Shown piece after piece: positions 32,188 through 43,789 of a DNA stretch of 64,000 nucleotides. Position numbers and translations under genes: made by a program. Each line of letters opens with the position of its first letter. Positions within the stretch are counted from its first letter, which is position 1. Source of the stretch: Trypanosoma brucei (taxonomy: Eukaryota); the NCBI GenBank assembly GCA_000002445.1, contig CM000208.1, positions 704,001 to 768,000 of the forward strand, in the 5' to 3' direction. The notes beneath the pieces are model-generated. The model saw nothing but the letters and a program-made list of their open reading frames with translations, had not been told where the DNA came from and did not search any database.

Positions 32188-35100
32188 ATGGCTGAGCCGC
32201 CACCACCGCAACCACTACGTAAGGGTTTTTTTCGTGCTGATCCCCATGGCCTGCGGCCACCAGAGAGCCCTCGTGATGCTGAGGAGCCTGAAAACCATGA
32301 CATTGTTGAGGATCCTCCACTCCCATCCAGTCGTAACTTGCCGCCTCCACGCTTGCGACCCATGGGTGGCGGACCACCATTGGCAGGGGCGGAAGCAGCG
32401 GCAACTTCACATTCAAACAACCGGCCATCACCCGGGGAGGTCCCGCCGCTGCCGCGACCGGGGACTACGACTGCAGTCACATCGGCGCAATATAATAGTC
32501 TGACTCCTCGGCAAGAACTTTTCAGCAGCCCACAAACAGCTGTCGAGGAAAATATTCCAGCTGGGTACGATAATCAAATGAACGTGACATCCAATGACTT
32601 TTCTCATTCACAAGATACAGGGATAAAAAGAATCGGAGATGGTGCAACAGGCTCATCGGCGAAAACACGTTCCACGATTGCACATGCGCCAAGCGGTCGA
32701 TTTTCTGAGGTAGTGCAGGAGCGACCCCCTATCGAATCTGTGGAGCAGCTATGTCAGCTCCAGACTCTAGCTCATCCAGTGGAGCGCTTTTTTGTTGAGT
32801 ATCAACCCATGGCAACGCGTGGTTGCCGCAGTACCCAAGTACCCGTTGAGGAGGACGAAGCTCTGTTCAATCATCTCGCGGAGTACACGGATGATGATTC
32901 TTTCTTTTCATCTGGTAGTGCTGTTCTTGAAGAAGACACACGTCGGCTCCAGAACGATCCGTTACGGGGCCGCGCTATTCGTTCTGTGTTCGAGACGCTC
33001 TCACTGCGCTCCCTCACAAAGGGTCGAATACCTTACGAATTGGAGGATCAGGAGCGCAGCAGTGCTCCCTGGTTGAAGCAAGTTCATCAACGGGCGATTG
33101 CACTTCATCATTCGTCATTCTTTATATTTCCTGCAGGTATGAAAGCTCGTGTAATTGCGTACAACATTCTACACCACTGGTTGACTGAAATGTTGCTTAT
33201 GTTAATCATCTTGGTATATTCCATGATGACAGCGGCCTGGTCCCGCGACACATGGCCCACATTGGAGAAACCGTCCTTCATGTTCTTCGCTGATGTTTTC
33301 TTCCTGTGTATCTACGCAATCGAATTTGTCGCACGGCTTTTTACTTCGGGCGCTGTTTCGCACTCCCGGGCATACTTTCGGTCGCCATGGCACTGTCTCG
33401 ACGCCGCAGTGCTTTTGCTGATGATATTGAACTGCACAAACCTCCAATCGATGTGGAATTTTTCGGCATTCCGTCTCATTCGTGTTTTGAAGTCGAGCAC
33501 ATACGTGCCTATTCCAATTAACATGAAGCTGCTGGCGAAGTCGCTTCTCCGTTCAACGTCCAATGTGGTGAAGGTGTCCACTATCCTTTTTTATGTGCTG
33601 TTGTTCTTCTCGCTCGTGGGCCTTCAGCTCTTCTCGGGAGTGCTCCAGCACCGCTGTGTTAGTCCAACCACGAAAAATGTAACAAATCAGTTGTGCCGCT
33701 TTAACCACAGTGAAAAAAATGAAAGTTATTACCACGGAGCTACGTGCCCCTCACCCCACTTATGCGTTGCCGACACATACGGAAATCCCCACCACGGCTA
33801 CCGCAGCTTTGACAGTGTGGGACACTCATTTTTATCGGCTTTCCAGATAATGACGTTTCAGGGCTGGACAAGCCTGCTGCAAGAGACATCAGACACTACA
33901 TCAGTAGCAGCTATTCTGTACTTTTTTTTGGCGATCCTGATCTGTGCGTGGATTATCCCTAGCTTATATTTGGGAGTCTTTATTGAAAAAATCGAGAAAA
34001 CGAGACGATTGTTTGTACAGAAACAACTGCAGCTATTTGACGGTATGCTACTGGAGCAGCGGCAACGATTGAATGAGGCAATCAAGCTTCGTGATTTTGT
34101 CGAACGCGATGAAAGTGGAAAATTACGCCGACATCCAATCGAACTCATCCGGTCTGCTTCACGGAGGATTCAGAGGTCGAAACTCTCGAACAGCCAAACA
34201 AGCATCGCAACTGAGTCAGAGTCGGGAGAACCCGCAGTCGTGGTGAAAAAACCCATTGGGGACACAACAAAAGGTCGATCTCGCTGGACAGACGAGCAGC
34301 GTGTTCAACTCCACCTTTCGCTCACACGACAACGTGATATTGCCAGTGGGGGTGAACGCAGACGACGTGTGGTGATCAAAAATGATGGTGAGATAAGCGG
34401 GGGAACTGCTGGCCTCCATTCGCAACGGAAGGGATCGGAGTCAATAGGGGAGCGGGCGATGATGGTGACGGGGGATTTTGCGCTTGGAGGCCGCGTTGGC
34501 GTGGTCCAGCACCATCCGCTCACTCACACTATTGGTGCAGCTCACGGCACGGACCTTCCCCTGGCAGTTCGTCTAGATAACGAGGAAGAACAGTTGAGGT
34601 TCCTCAAAGATTATCAAAACCCGATAGACAATGACATAATGAGGCGGACTAACACTTTCGAGGACACAAACGGAAACTTACATCCCTCTTTCGTGCTCAC
34701 CTCAACGCAGCGAAGGGGTGGAAGCTTCGATGAGGCATCCAACACAATTCGAACAACCACGGAAGCTGCTGGTGTCATTCCAAGCCGTCACTCAGCCACA
34801 CTGAATGGTCATAATACTAGTAGGATGGACTCCAACGGGAGTTTAGATGAACCTACATCAAAGACCCAAACCGTATCGAAACGCGGGTCCCCAATGCCGC
34901 GTTTGTCCTCCGGTCAGGTACCCGAAGTTATTATCCACGACCCCGAAGGCGGTGACTTCCGATTCGCTGAAACGCGTTCACAGAAGTGGGGAATTGTACG
35001 TAATATCTTGCACATGTTCACCGAAGGGTATCCTCGCATTATTACGCAGTATATCCGTGAACATCGTCGGATGCAGCGACGGTTTGGTCTCACACCCCTC

Positions 35101-38100
35101 AATTACGTGAATAAGTACGAAGATGACGTGCTTCGGAAACTGCGGCAGCGGCGTGTGCTTCAAGTAAAGGAACCAGGTGCACCGTCACAAACTTCGCGCG
35201 CAAGCGGTGACGAGGAACTTGTCGAAGTGAATGGAAATAAGGTTATCCTAACCGACAGCGATGATATTGGAGACCTGTCACCGATTCAAATGGCTACCAA
35301 TATTGTTAGAAATGTACCTGTAACGCCTTTCGGTGCCGTGATGCTGGTTATTGTCATCGTCAACGGCATTTTCAACGCAACGCGGTATTTTCAGCAACCA
35401 GAATATTGGGAAACTGCCCTTTTTGTCCTTGGTATTATTTTTACGTCATTTTTCGTGCTGGAGATTGTTGTCCGTGTCATAGGACTCGGGCTCGTTTCAT
35501 TTTTACTGGATTTCAACAATCTGTTGGATGTTACTGTTACAATTCTCGGGTTCGTGGAGCTCGCCTACGCACGGTCAAACGTCGTTACAGTGCTAAACTG
35601 GGTGAGGCTTCTGCGCCTATTTCGCACTTTGCCATTTGCACCTATGCGGCGGGTGTCACGAGTGCTGTTACTGGGTTTCGCAGACATGTTGTATGCGTTG
35701 TTCTTCTTCAGTATCTACATGTTTATGTGGATTCTCATCGGCATGAGTTTCTTCGGCGGTCCCAATGGCATGGTGGATCATACGTTCCAGGATTACTACA
35801 CGCGTGGAAATTTTGACACATTTTCTGGTGCTTCATTTGCTGTGTCGCAGGCATTCTCATATACTCGTGAGGAATGGGTGTACCTGACGTGGAACGGCAT
35901 GCAATCTCGTGGTGAGTACACCGTTCTTTATTTCATGGCCGTCGTCGGTGTGGCTTTTATTGCCCGCTACTTCTTCGTCGCCGTGTTCGCGTGGGCATGG
36001 CAGAGCGAGGAAGAGGAGGAAGAAAACTACGCAGCAATCGCTAAAGGTGGTTCAGGTGGCCGACGGGAAGTTACCCGACTGCGTTGGTTTGACTTTACTG
36101 TGTGGCGCTCGTTCAAGCACATACATGGAGGGTTCGAGAGGCGAGATGTTGCACCGGATGAAGTGTTTCATTTGAACGAAGATATGCGCAAACAACTTCG
36201 CATTGCGGAAGCAAAGGAACGGTTCACCAAAGAGGCCCTCGCGCAGACCGACTTGGCCATGAGTCAACGCCGGATGGGGTCTCCGATGGCCAGCCCTTCT
36301 GCAACCATGGGATATAATACAGACGGCTACGCACCGGCGGCGCAGGTTGGCACAGCTCCTAGATATGTTAACGTTGGTGGGCAACTGCAGCGTCACATAA
36401 ACCCATCAGTTGACTTTGTTGATGCGCAGGTTCCACCCCTTAACGCGCCCATATCCCAGTTTCAAGCTGAGAATGCGCAACTCCGGTTCGCCCGTCGGTA
36501 TAGCACCGTTCCCGCCTCGGTGTACACTCCTGTAATACAAGATGATGGTATTGATAGACCATCCCCTTCAGCCCGTTCAAGCCCGTCGGATGCGGGGGAG
36601 CGGAGCGGGGAGCTTGGTGGGGAAAGTCAGCAAAATGGCCAAGAGGAGGGAGACGGTCAATATTCTCCGAGGGGGGTGTCACCTAATGGAACGGGAGGGA
36701 GAGCGACTTCGACGGGCCTGCAACGAAAATCAAGTGTCCTTGGGCGTTTTCCCAGGTTGGGGTACGATCGAGCTGCAGGTAAGAAAGACGGAGGGTCAAG
36801 AAGTGTAAGCGCCTCCGCCATGCAACAGACGGGTGACGGTAACGAGTTGAGGGGAGACTACGTTAACGAGGGAGAGGTCAACGGTGGCAGCATGGTGTAC
36901 GAACACATTCTGTACCCTGGGCCGCGGTTACGCTACAAACACGTAATGCGAAACCAATACGTGCGGGTGTTTGAGCGTTGCTTAGATTGTAATACCTATC
37001 AACAGATGCCCTTGCGGGCCCCGCCGAATGTCCAACAACGAACACCGGAAGAATTACATGCTGAACACTGTCACATGGCTGCTGTGCGGAGTTCGCGTCA
37101 ACTGGTATTGAATGCCATAATGGGTTATGTTCGCTTGCAGAAAGATATTAATCAACCACCGACGCGTGATGCAGTTGAAACGGTACTTGGACAAGCTTGG
37201 AGTTGTGGAATGTTGCTGTTCGAAACAATCGAGTATCTCTCCTGTAGTGATATAGAGCAGCGGGAGTATCGAACGTGGGATCGCACACTGGAGGCGTTGC
37301 AATTGCAACAATGGTTGATAGGTCTGCATGTGGGCGAAGAACAAGTTGGTCGTGCAACCCTAGCCTACACATTGGCCCACCGAAAGAGGGAGAAACTCGC
37401 CGTGGAACACAAGTCGTTTGAGCTTTCGTGGCGTCAGCGTTCTTTCTTTTTCATATCTCCTTCGAACCCGGTGCGTCGTTTGTCAACGAGAATTATACAG
37501 TCACGATGGTTCGACATTTTTATTCTCACTGTTATATTCATTGCGTCATTTTGCCTATGTTTCCACATTCCCGGAAAGGCTAACGACCCAGAAACGGGTT
37601 TCGTTGTGCTACGTGCCTTTGACGGAATCTTCACCTGTATATTTTTGGTGGAGATGATAATGAAGTGGATCAGCATGGGTGTAATTCTCTTCAGACCGGA
37701 GGCATACTTCTGGCACTGGTGGAACGTTTTTGATTTCGTTATTGTCATTGTGTCGCTGATCGGATTGGCAGACCAACACAGCGCCCTCCGCTCCATCAAG
37801 GTTTTGCGTTGTTTTCGGATACTTATCCCTATGCGGGTGTCCAACTTCAATAGAAGTCTTTCCAAGATCTCGTCAGCCTTACTTGATTGTCTGCCGACAG
37901 TAGCGAACATTCTTCTGCTGTTTTTTATCAATTACTTTGTGTGGGCTGTGCTGGCAGTACGGCTTCTAAATGGCCTCACCCACTCTTGCAGTGATCCGTC
38001 CTTCGTCGACATTACGGCCTGCGAAGACGCCAAACATGAATGGTTGCCCAAAGTGCGTAATTTTGACTCTTTCTTCCAAAGTTTGCTGACAATGATAGAG

Positions 38101-40269
38101 GTCAGCGTGGGGTCGAAGTGGCTGGATGTTATTTACACGGGTGTAAATGGTCGAACGTCTGAACATGCGCCTATGGATGACCATTACCTTGCAAGGGGAT
38201 TCTTCTTCATCGTATACTATTATGTCTCCCACCTCATTTTGTTCTCACTGTTTACTGCGTCTATGATTTACAGCTATCTGTTAACCAAAAATGCAGCTGA
38301 GGGAGTATTGGGGATCACGTTTGAGCACCAGCTTTGGATTCGCATGCAACGTATGACACTGCAACTCAAGCCACGTGTAAAGCTTGTTCCTTTGTGCAAC
38401 CACGTGTCACAGTTTTTGCACAATGTTGTCATCCGCCCCATATTTGAGGTAGTGGGTGCGAGTGTACTTCTTCTCAACATTCTTACCATGGCATTGCACT
38501 GGTATGGCGAGACTAAATCGAAGGCAAGCGTGTTAGCTGCCTTTCAATATGTGTGGATGTTTTACTTTACCGTCGAGGCGGCCATGAAGATTGGAGCCCA
38601 CGGAATGCGGGCGTTCTCCCGGTGGGCGTTTTCTTTTGACTTCTTCGTGTTACTATTGTCCTTTATTGGGTTAATAGTGGATGCGGCAAGTAGCGAGGGT
38701 ATGCCGTTTAACGTGAACGTACTTCGTATGCTGCGGCTAGGTCGCTTCTTCTCCGCTGCAAAGGTTTTTAAGCCGATGAGGAAGCAGTTTTCATTACTGC
38801 ATGAAGTGCTGATTCGTTCGGCAGTTTCCCTTGCCAACGTGACGCTTATATTGTTTCTAGGGGTGTTCGTCTTCACGGTACTTGGTCTTCACCTCGTTGG
38901 AGGTGTTCCTGTAGGGGAAGGTGGTTACTTTGACGACCGGTACACAAATTTCAACAATTTTGGTAATTCGCTGATGATGACGTTTCGCCTCACCACTTTG
39001 GAGAACTGGAGCCCGTCGCTTCGGGAAGGTATGAATGTCACACGCAAATGCACTGAAGATGATTGCAGCGTGAACTATGGGTCGGCGTTTTACTGTCTTC
39101 TGCTACTTGTTTTCCTCGGGTTAATTGTTCTCAGTTTTTACATGGCGGTGATTGTGGATCATTACGTTACAGCTGCACGCATGAACACGAGCATAACACG
39201 TATTGAAGACCTGCGGAGGTTCCGTGATCTGTGGTCCGAGTTCGATCCCAATGGAGCACTCGTGCTGCACACACACGAACTCCCAAAACTTCTCGAATCT
39301 CTGAGACCACCCCTTGGTCTTACCTCCAGGCATAATCGTGTCGAGCTTCTTAGATTACTGCGAGAGTATGACATTCCAAATCACCGTGGGAAAGTTCACT
39401 ACCACGAGGTGCTTCTGCCGTTGGCTCGCAGGGTCCTGGCAATGGCCTTCAGCAGAGATACGATGGATTACAGGACAACGTTTGACACATTATGGCGCCA
39501 CTCCGAGAAGTCGCTCCGTGCACTGCCAACAGTGCTTGGTAAGCGCTCCCACGCAACCGCCGCGCAGCATTTTGCTGCGAGCTATGTGCAGGCGGTATGC
39601 CGAAGGAAGAAAGCTTGTCGAGAGGTGCAGAGGGTACGATCTGAACTTTGGCACGAGGGTCGTGCTGTTTGTGACGAGCTCGGTTTGCCCTATGCGGATT
39701 ACGGCTTTGGGAACCTTTTACTGGAGGGTCCGGATCCTATGCGAGATCTTGTGCCACGCAGTGCCTCTGCAGCGAGCTCTGGTGGAAAAGGCACCCGAAA
39801 AGGTGCCAGTGAAGCGGAGAACGCCGCCTCTTCCCCACTGTGGCGGGCAGGCCAGGCCGAATCGCCGTCGAGTCCAAGGAGTGAGGGAGAAACGATTGAC
39901 GGCAGGGCCCCTGCCGCCCGCCTTCCCGGCGCGTACCAACCGGCGATAGAAGAACGTGAGAAACGGTTTGGCCCCGATGTTCCGAACGCTCTTCGACGCC
40001 ACGAAACACGCTCGGAAAAACTTAGACGCAAGGATGAGGAGCGGATGCTGCAATCCACTCCCGATGATGCGGTGTCTTCACCAGTATCCAACGTGCGCTC
40101 GAATTCGCAGCGAGTTAACGTGGGCGAATACCAGCCACCACTAGGAACAGATCCCACCAGTTGGCTTGGTAGCAATGTAAACCGTGGGTCAACCGTAGGT
40201 GGACCAACGACAGAATCTCGCACGAGTAGCGTTATGCCTGCTCCACAGGGACCTACAGCACCAGAGTAG
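32188..40269 (+). CDS. Four-domain (24-TM) voltage-gated cation channel of the CaV/NaV superfamily (2693 aa)
   Basis: Four homologous repeats, each with an S4 voltage-sensor: DI FRLIRVLKSS (~nt 33468-33500); DII WVRLLRLFRTLPFAPMRRVSRV (~35600-35665); DIII IKVLRCFRILIPMRV (~37795-37840); DIV VLRMLRLGRFFSAAKVFKPMRK (~38720-38785). Pore loops: DI FQIMTFQGWTSLL, DII …SYTREEWVYL, DIII …TMIEVSVGSKW…, DIV …TFRLTTLENWSP. A post-DIV EF-hand-like/pre-IQ region (DLRRFRDLWSEFDPNGALVLHTHELPKLLESLRPPLGL, ~39180-39330) is present. Long cytoplasmic N-terminus, I-II loop and C-tail. Confidence 0.85.
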   Translation: MAEPPPPQPLRKGFFRADPHGLRPPESPRDAEEPENHDIVEDPPLPSSRNLPPPRLRPMGGGPPLAGAEAAATSHSNNRPSPGEVPPLPRPGTTTAVTSAQYNSLTPRQELFSSPQTAVEENIPAGYDNQMNVTSNDFSHSQDTGIKRIGDGATGSSAKTRSTIAHAPSGRFSEVVQERPPIESVEQLCQLQTLAHPVERFFVEYQPMATRGCRSTQVPVEEDEALFNHLAEYTDDDSFFSSGSAVLEEDTRRLQNDPLRGRAIRSVFETLSLRSLTKGRIPYELEDQERSSAPWLKQVHQRAIALHHSSFFIFPAGMKARVIAYNILHHWLTEMLLMLIILVYSMMTAAWSRDTWPTLEKPSFMFFADVFFLCIYAIEFVARLFTSGAVSHSRAYFRSPWHCLDAAVLLLMILNCTNLQSMWNFSAFRLIRVLKSSTYVPIPINMKLLAKSLLRSTSNVVKVSTILFYVLLFFSLVGLQLFSGVLQHRCVSPTTKNVTNQLCRFNHSEKNESYYHGATCPSPHLCVADTYGNPHHGYRSFDSVGHSFLSAFQIMTFQGWTSLLQETSDTTSVAAILYFFLAILICAWIIPSLYLGVFIEKIEKTRRLFVQKQLQLFDGMLLEQRQRLNEAIKLRDFVERDESGKLRRHPIELIRSASRRIQRSKLSNSQTSIATESESGEPAVVVKKPIGDTTKGRSRWTDEQRVQLHLSLTRQRDIASGGERRRRVVIKNDGEISGGTAGLHSQRKGSESIGERAMMVTGDFALGGRVGVVQHHPLTHTIGAAHGTDLPLAVRLDNEEEQLRFLKDYQNPIDNDIMRRTNTFEDTNGNLHPSFVLTSTQRRGGSFDEASNTIRTTTEAAGVIPSRHSATLNGHNTSRMDSNGSLDEPTSKTQTVSKRGSPMPRLSSGQVPEVIIHDPEGGDFRFAETRSQKWGIVRNILHMFTEGYPRIITQYIREHRRMQRRFGLTPLNYVNKYEDDVLRKLRQRRVLQVKEPGAPSQTSRASGDEELVEVNGNKVILTDSDDIGDLSPIQMATNIVRNVPVTPFGAVMLVIVIVNGIFNATRYFQQPEYWETALFVLGIIFTSFFVLEIVVRVIGLGLVSFLLDFNNLLDVTVTILGFVELAYARSNVVTVLNWVRLLRLFRTLPFAPMRRVSRVLLLGFADMLYALFFFSIYMFMWILIGMSFFGGPNGMVDHTFQDYYTRGNFDTFSGASFAVSQAFSYTREEWVYLTWNGMQSRGEYTVLYFMAVVGVAFIARYFFVAVFAWAWQSEEEEEENYAAIAKGGSGGRREVTRLRWFDFTVWRSFKHIHGGFERRDVAPDEVFHLNEDMRKQLRIAEAKERFTKEALAQTDLAMSQRRMGSPMASPSATMGYNTDGYAPAAQVGTAPRYVNVGGQLQRHINPSVDFVDAQVPPLNAPISQFQAENAQLRFARRYSTVPASVYTPVIQDDGIDRPSPSARSSPSDAGERSGELGGESQQNGQEEGDGQYSPRGVSPNGTGGRATSTGLQRKSSVLGRFPRLGYDRAAGKKDGGSRSVSASAMQQTGDGNELRGDYVNEGEVNGGSMVYEHILYPGPRLRYKHVMRNQYVRVFERCLDCNTYQQMPLRAPPNVQQRTPEELHAEHCHMAAVRSSRQLVLNAIMGYVRLQKDINQPPTRDAVETVLGQAWSCGMLLFETIEYLSCSDIEQREYRTWDRTLEALQLQQWLIGLHVGEEQVGRATLAYTLAHRKREKLAVEHKSFELSWRQRSFFFISPSNPVRRLSTRIIQSRWFDIFILTVIFIASFCLCFHIPGKANDPETGFVVLRAFDGIFTCIFLVEMIMKWISMGVILFRPEAYFWHWWNVFDFVIVIVSLIGLADQHSALRSIKVLRCFRILIPMRVSNFNRSLSKISSALLDCLPTVANILLLFFINYFVWAVLAVRLLNGLTHSCSDPSFVDITACEDAKHEWLPKVRNFDSFFQSLLTMIEVSVGSKWLDVIYTGVNGRTSEHAPMDDHYLARGFFFIVYYYVSHLILFSLFTASMIYSYLLTKNAAEGVLGITFEHQLWIRMQRMTLQLKPRVKLVPLCNHVSQFLHNVVIRPIFEVVGASVLLLNILTMALHWYGETKSKASVLAAFQYVWMFYFTVEAAMKIGAHGMRAFSRWAFSFDFFVLLLSFIGLIVDAASSEGMPFNVNVLRMLRLGRFFSAAKVFKPMRKQFSLLHEVLIRSAVSLANVTLILFLGVFVFTVLGLHLVGGVPVGEGGYFDDRYTNFNNFGNSLMMTFRLTTLENWSPSLREGMNVTRKCTEDDCSVNYGSAFYCLLLLVFLGLIVLSFYMAVIVDHYVTAARMNTSITRIEDLRRFRDLWSEFDPNGALVLHTHELPKLLESLRPPLGLTSRHNRVELLRLLREYDIPNHRGKVHYHEVLLPLARRVLAMAFSRDTMDYRTTFDTLWRHSEKSLRALPTVLGKRSHATAAQHFAASYVQAVCRRKKACREVQRVRSELWHEGRAVCDELGLPYADYGFGNLLLEGPDPMRDLVPRSASAASSGGKGTRKGASEAENAASSPLWRAGQAESPSSPRSEGETIDGRAPAARLPGAYQPAIEEREKRFGPDVPNALRRHETRSEKLRRKDEERMLQSTPDDAVSSPVSNVRSNSQRVNVGEYQPPLGTDPTSWLGSNVNRGSTVGGPTTESRTSSVMPAPQGPTAPE

Positions 40270-41388
40270 CACCGATATTATCCAAAGCTTATGCGTGAAA
40301 AAAAAATGTGAGGTGAAGACATGCAATCTTGCTCGGGTGAAGCACCCCCATTATATATATATGCCCACATGTGTATAACCATCCGTTCACAAGCCCAGTT
40401 TCGATGTATATGTTACCCCCCATGTCACTTTTTTTTAAAATGTATACACACTCCTTGTTATGGACACAATTTACAACTAGAGGAAAACGATTTACGGGGA
40501 CCATGATAAGTGACGTTGTATAGAGTGCGATCGAAGTTGTCTCGTTACTGATGAAAACAATAATATTTGTGTGCGAGAAAACAACAAAACTATGGCGGTC
40601 AAAGCCCACATATAATAGAAAAGAATATAAAAAGCAAATGAATTCCCCTTTCCCCACCAAAAACCAAAATTGCAAGCAGAAAAATGTGGAATAACGAACT
40701 TAACAATATGTTTCTTGATGTATCGCTATGTTGTGCGGTTAGATGTCGTGTGTGATGTCACTAGTTAGAGAAATATTAAATTCTCTTCTTCTTATTTCTC
40801 GAGTTTAATAAAGTTTCTCACTATATAGGGTTTAGTCTTGTAACTGTTTTATTTGTTGAGGTGTTTTGCTTGTGAATAACATTATTATTTACTTATTAGG
40901 GGCTGGAGAGTACGGAATCGATGGATATACACTCCGTTATTTGCTTAGTTTGGGATAAATAATTCGTGTGTTCTGCACTTTTGTTTCCACTAGGCGGCAG
41001 AGGAGAGGCACACCGCTCCAGAGACTCTCTGTGAAATTTCTTTGGTGTAGCATTAGGGGAGTACCCTTTCAAATGCCCAACCGCTACGGGCGCTCGACCA
41101 CGGCTGTAGGTGACCGCTGCACACCCATCTGATCGTTTCCTACTGTCGTTTGAATGACATCGCCCGATATTTTTTAGTTTCCCACATATCTTGGTTGCAG
41201 TAAATACATTGCATAAATTTGCGAAACTGTGGTCTTTTTACGGCTATCTTATATCGTCGTTGTGGAGGTGCTCCGCCCTTCTGCCTGTCTTCAGCTAACA
41301 CGCGATCTTTTATAATCCTTCTTATCCTATGCCATAGATCTGCGATTTTAACTGTAAACAGCAAGCTTAACAGCACAATATTATATAA

Positions 41389-42705
<1,317 letters not shown>

Positions 42706-43789
42706 CGGTTATGGAAGCACTTCGCACTAAGTGACTCTTTTAAGCACTCCACAGGCCGTCTTGTGCACCTGCAGTATCATATATTCTATTTGCCAGGTGT
42801 CAAGTTGTAGGGGGTGAGTGGGTGCGGGAGTTTTTTCATTTGTTTGCTTGGGTGGTGAGAAAGGGAATATTATCTTTTTATCTTTTTGTTTTTTCTTCTC
42901 GTAACTTTTCATGGATACGAAGGTAAGCCCGTGAAATGTAATACAGGTAATCTGAATGTAATACGGGTCAAATGAAAAATGGATAGTGAAATAAAAGGTG
43001 ATTTACAAAAATAGGCTTTTATGTGAACGTTTTTGTAACTGATAAGGTTATGGTATTTATTGAATGTGTTGCTTGTTTTTTTTTAGTTGTCGCCAACACT
43101 TTTTTTTTGTTGCAGGTATCAGTAAGCAATAACTTTTTTCCAGTGTATTTTAATTTTATTTCCAATTTTTTTCTAAATTTGTTTAATACATCTCGTTATT
43201 GTTGTCTTCCTCTTTATATACTCGTATATTCATATATACATATATATATATACATCCCTTTTTCGTATATGTTCTGTGCTAGTAACGTGAATACCTTACG
43301 TTTCCCTCACTTTTTGATCCCTTTTTTTTGTTCGGATATTGCTATGGATTGCATAAATTTGTGAAACTGTGCTTGGGCCGGGTAGTACTTCTAGGTTTTA
43401 CTATTTTTTGTTGTTTCTGAGTCAAGGTATAACGATTATTGAGGATAGGGCCACAGGTACGTGCAGTTCCTGCTGTGAATAAAAGTTCATTTTTTAAGCG
43501 CGGGAAGAAACTGCTATAGGCGGTGGTGTGCTATTTATATATTTATTTTATCCATCCTGGCCGCTTGCCGATCTTCGTTATCATTTGCCCTCTTCGCTAT
43601 AAAAGCAAGTGTGGTCTGTGGAAGGAATCTGAAATTATTGGCTTGTGTGCTAAGTAATTTCTCACACACAAGCATACCATTAACATTGCAACACTGCGCA
43701 GTGTGTAGTAAGACTTTAAGAGGCAGGGGGAGGGAAGCAACGACAGCAAAAACAAGTTCAGGAAATAAGAGGTAAGTTGTGGGCAACTG

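Noticed and set aside
39699-40223. Minus-strand ORFs nested inside the channel gene and inside the WD40 gene (e.g. 39699..40223, 24704..25291)
   Set aside because: They are fully contained antisense to strongly supported + strand coding sequence. This is typical of GC-rich codon-biased genes, so they are not independent genes.
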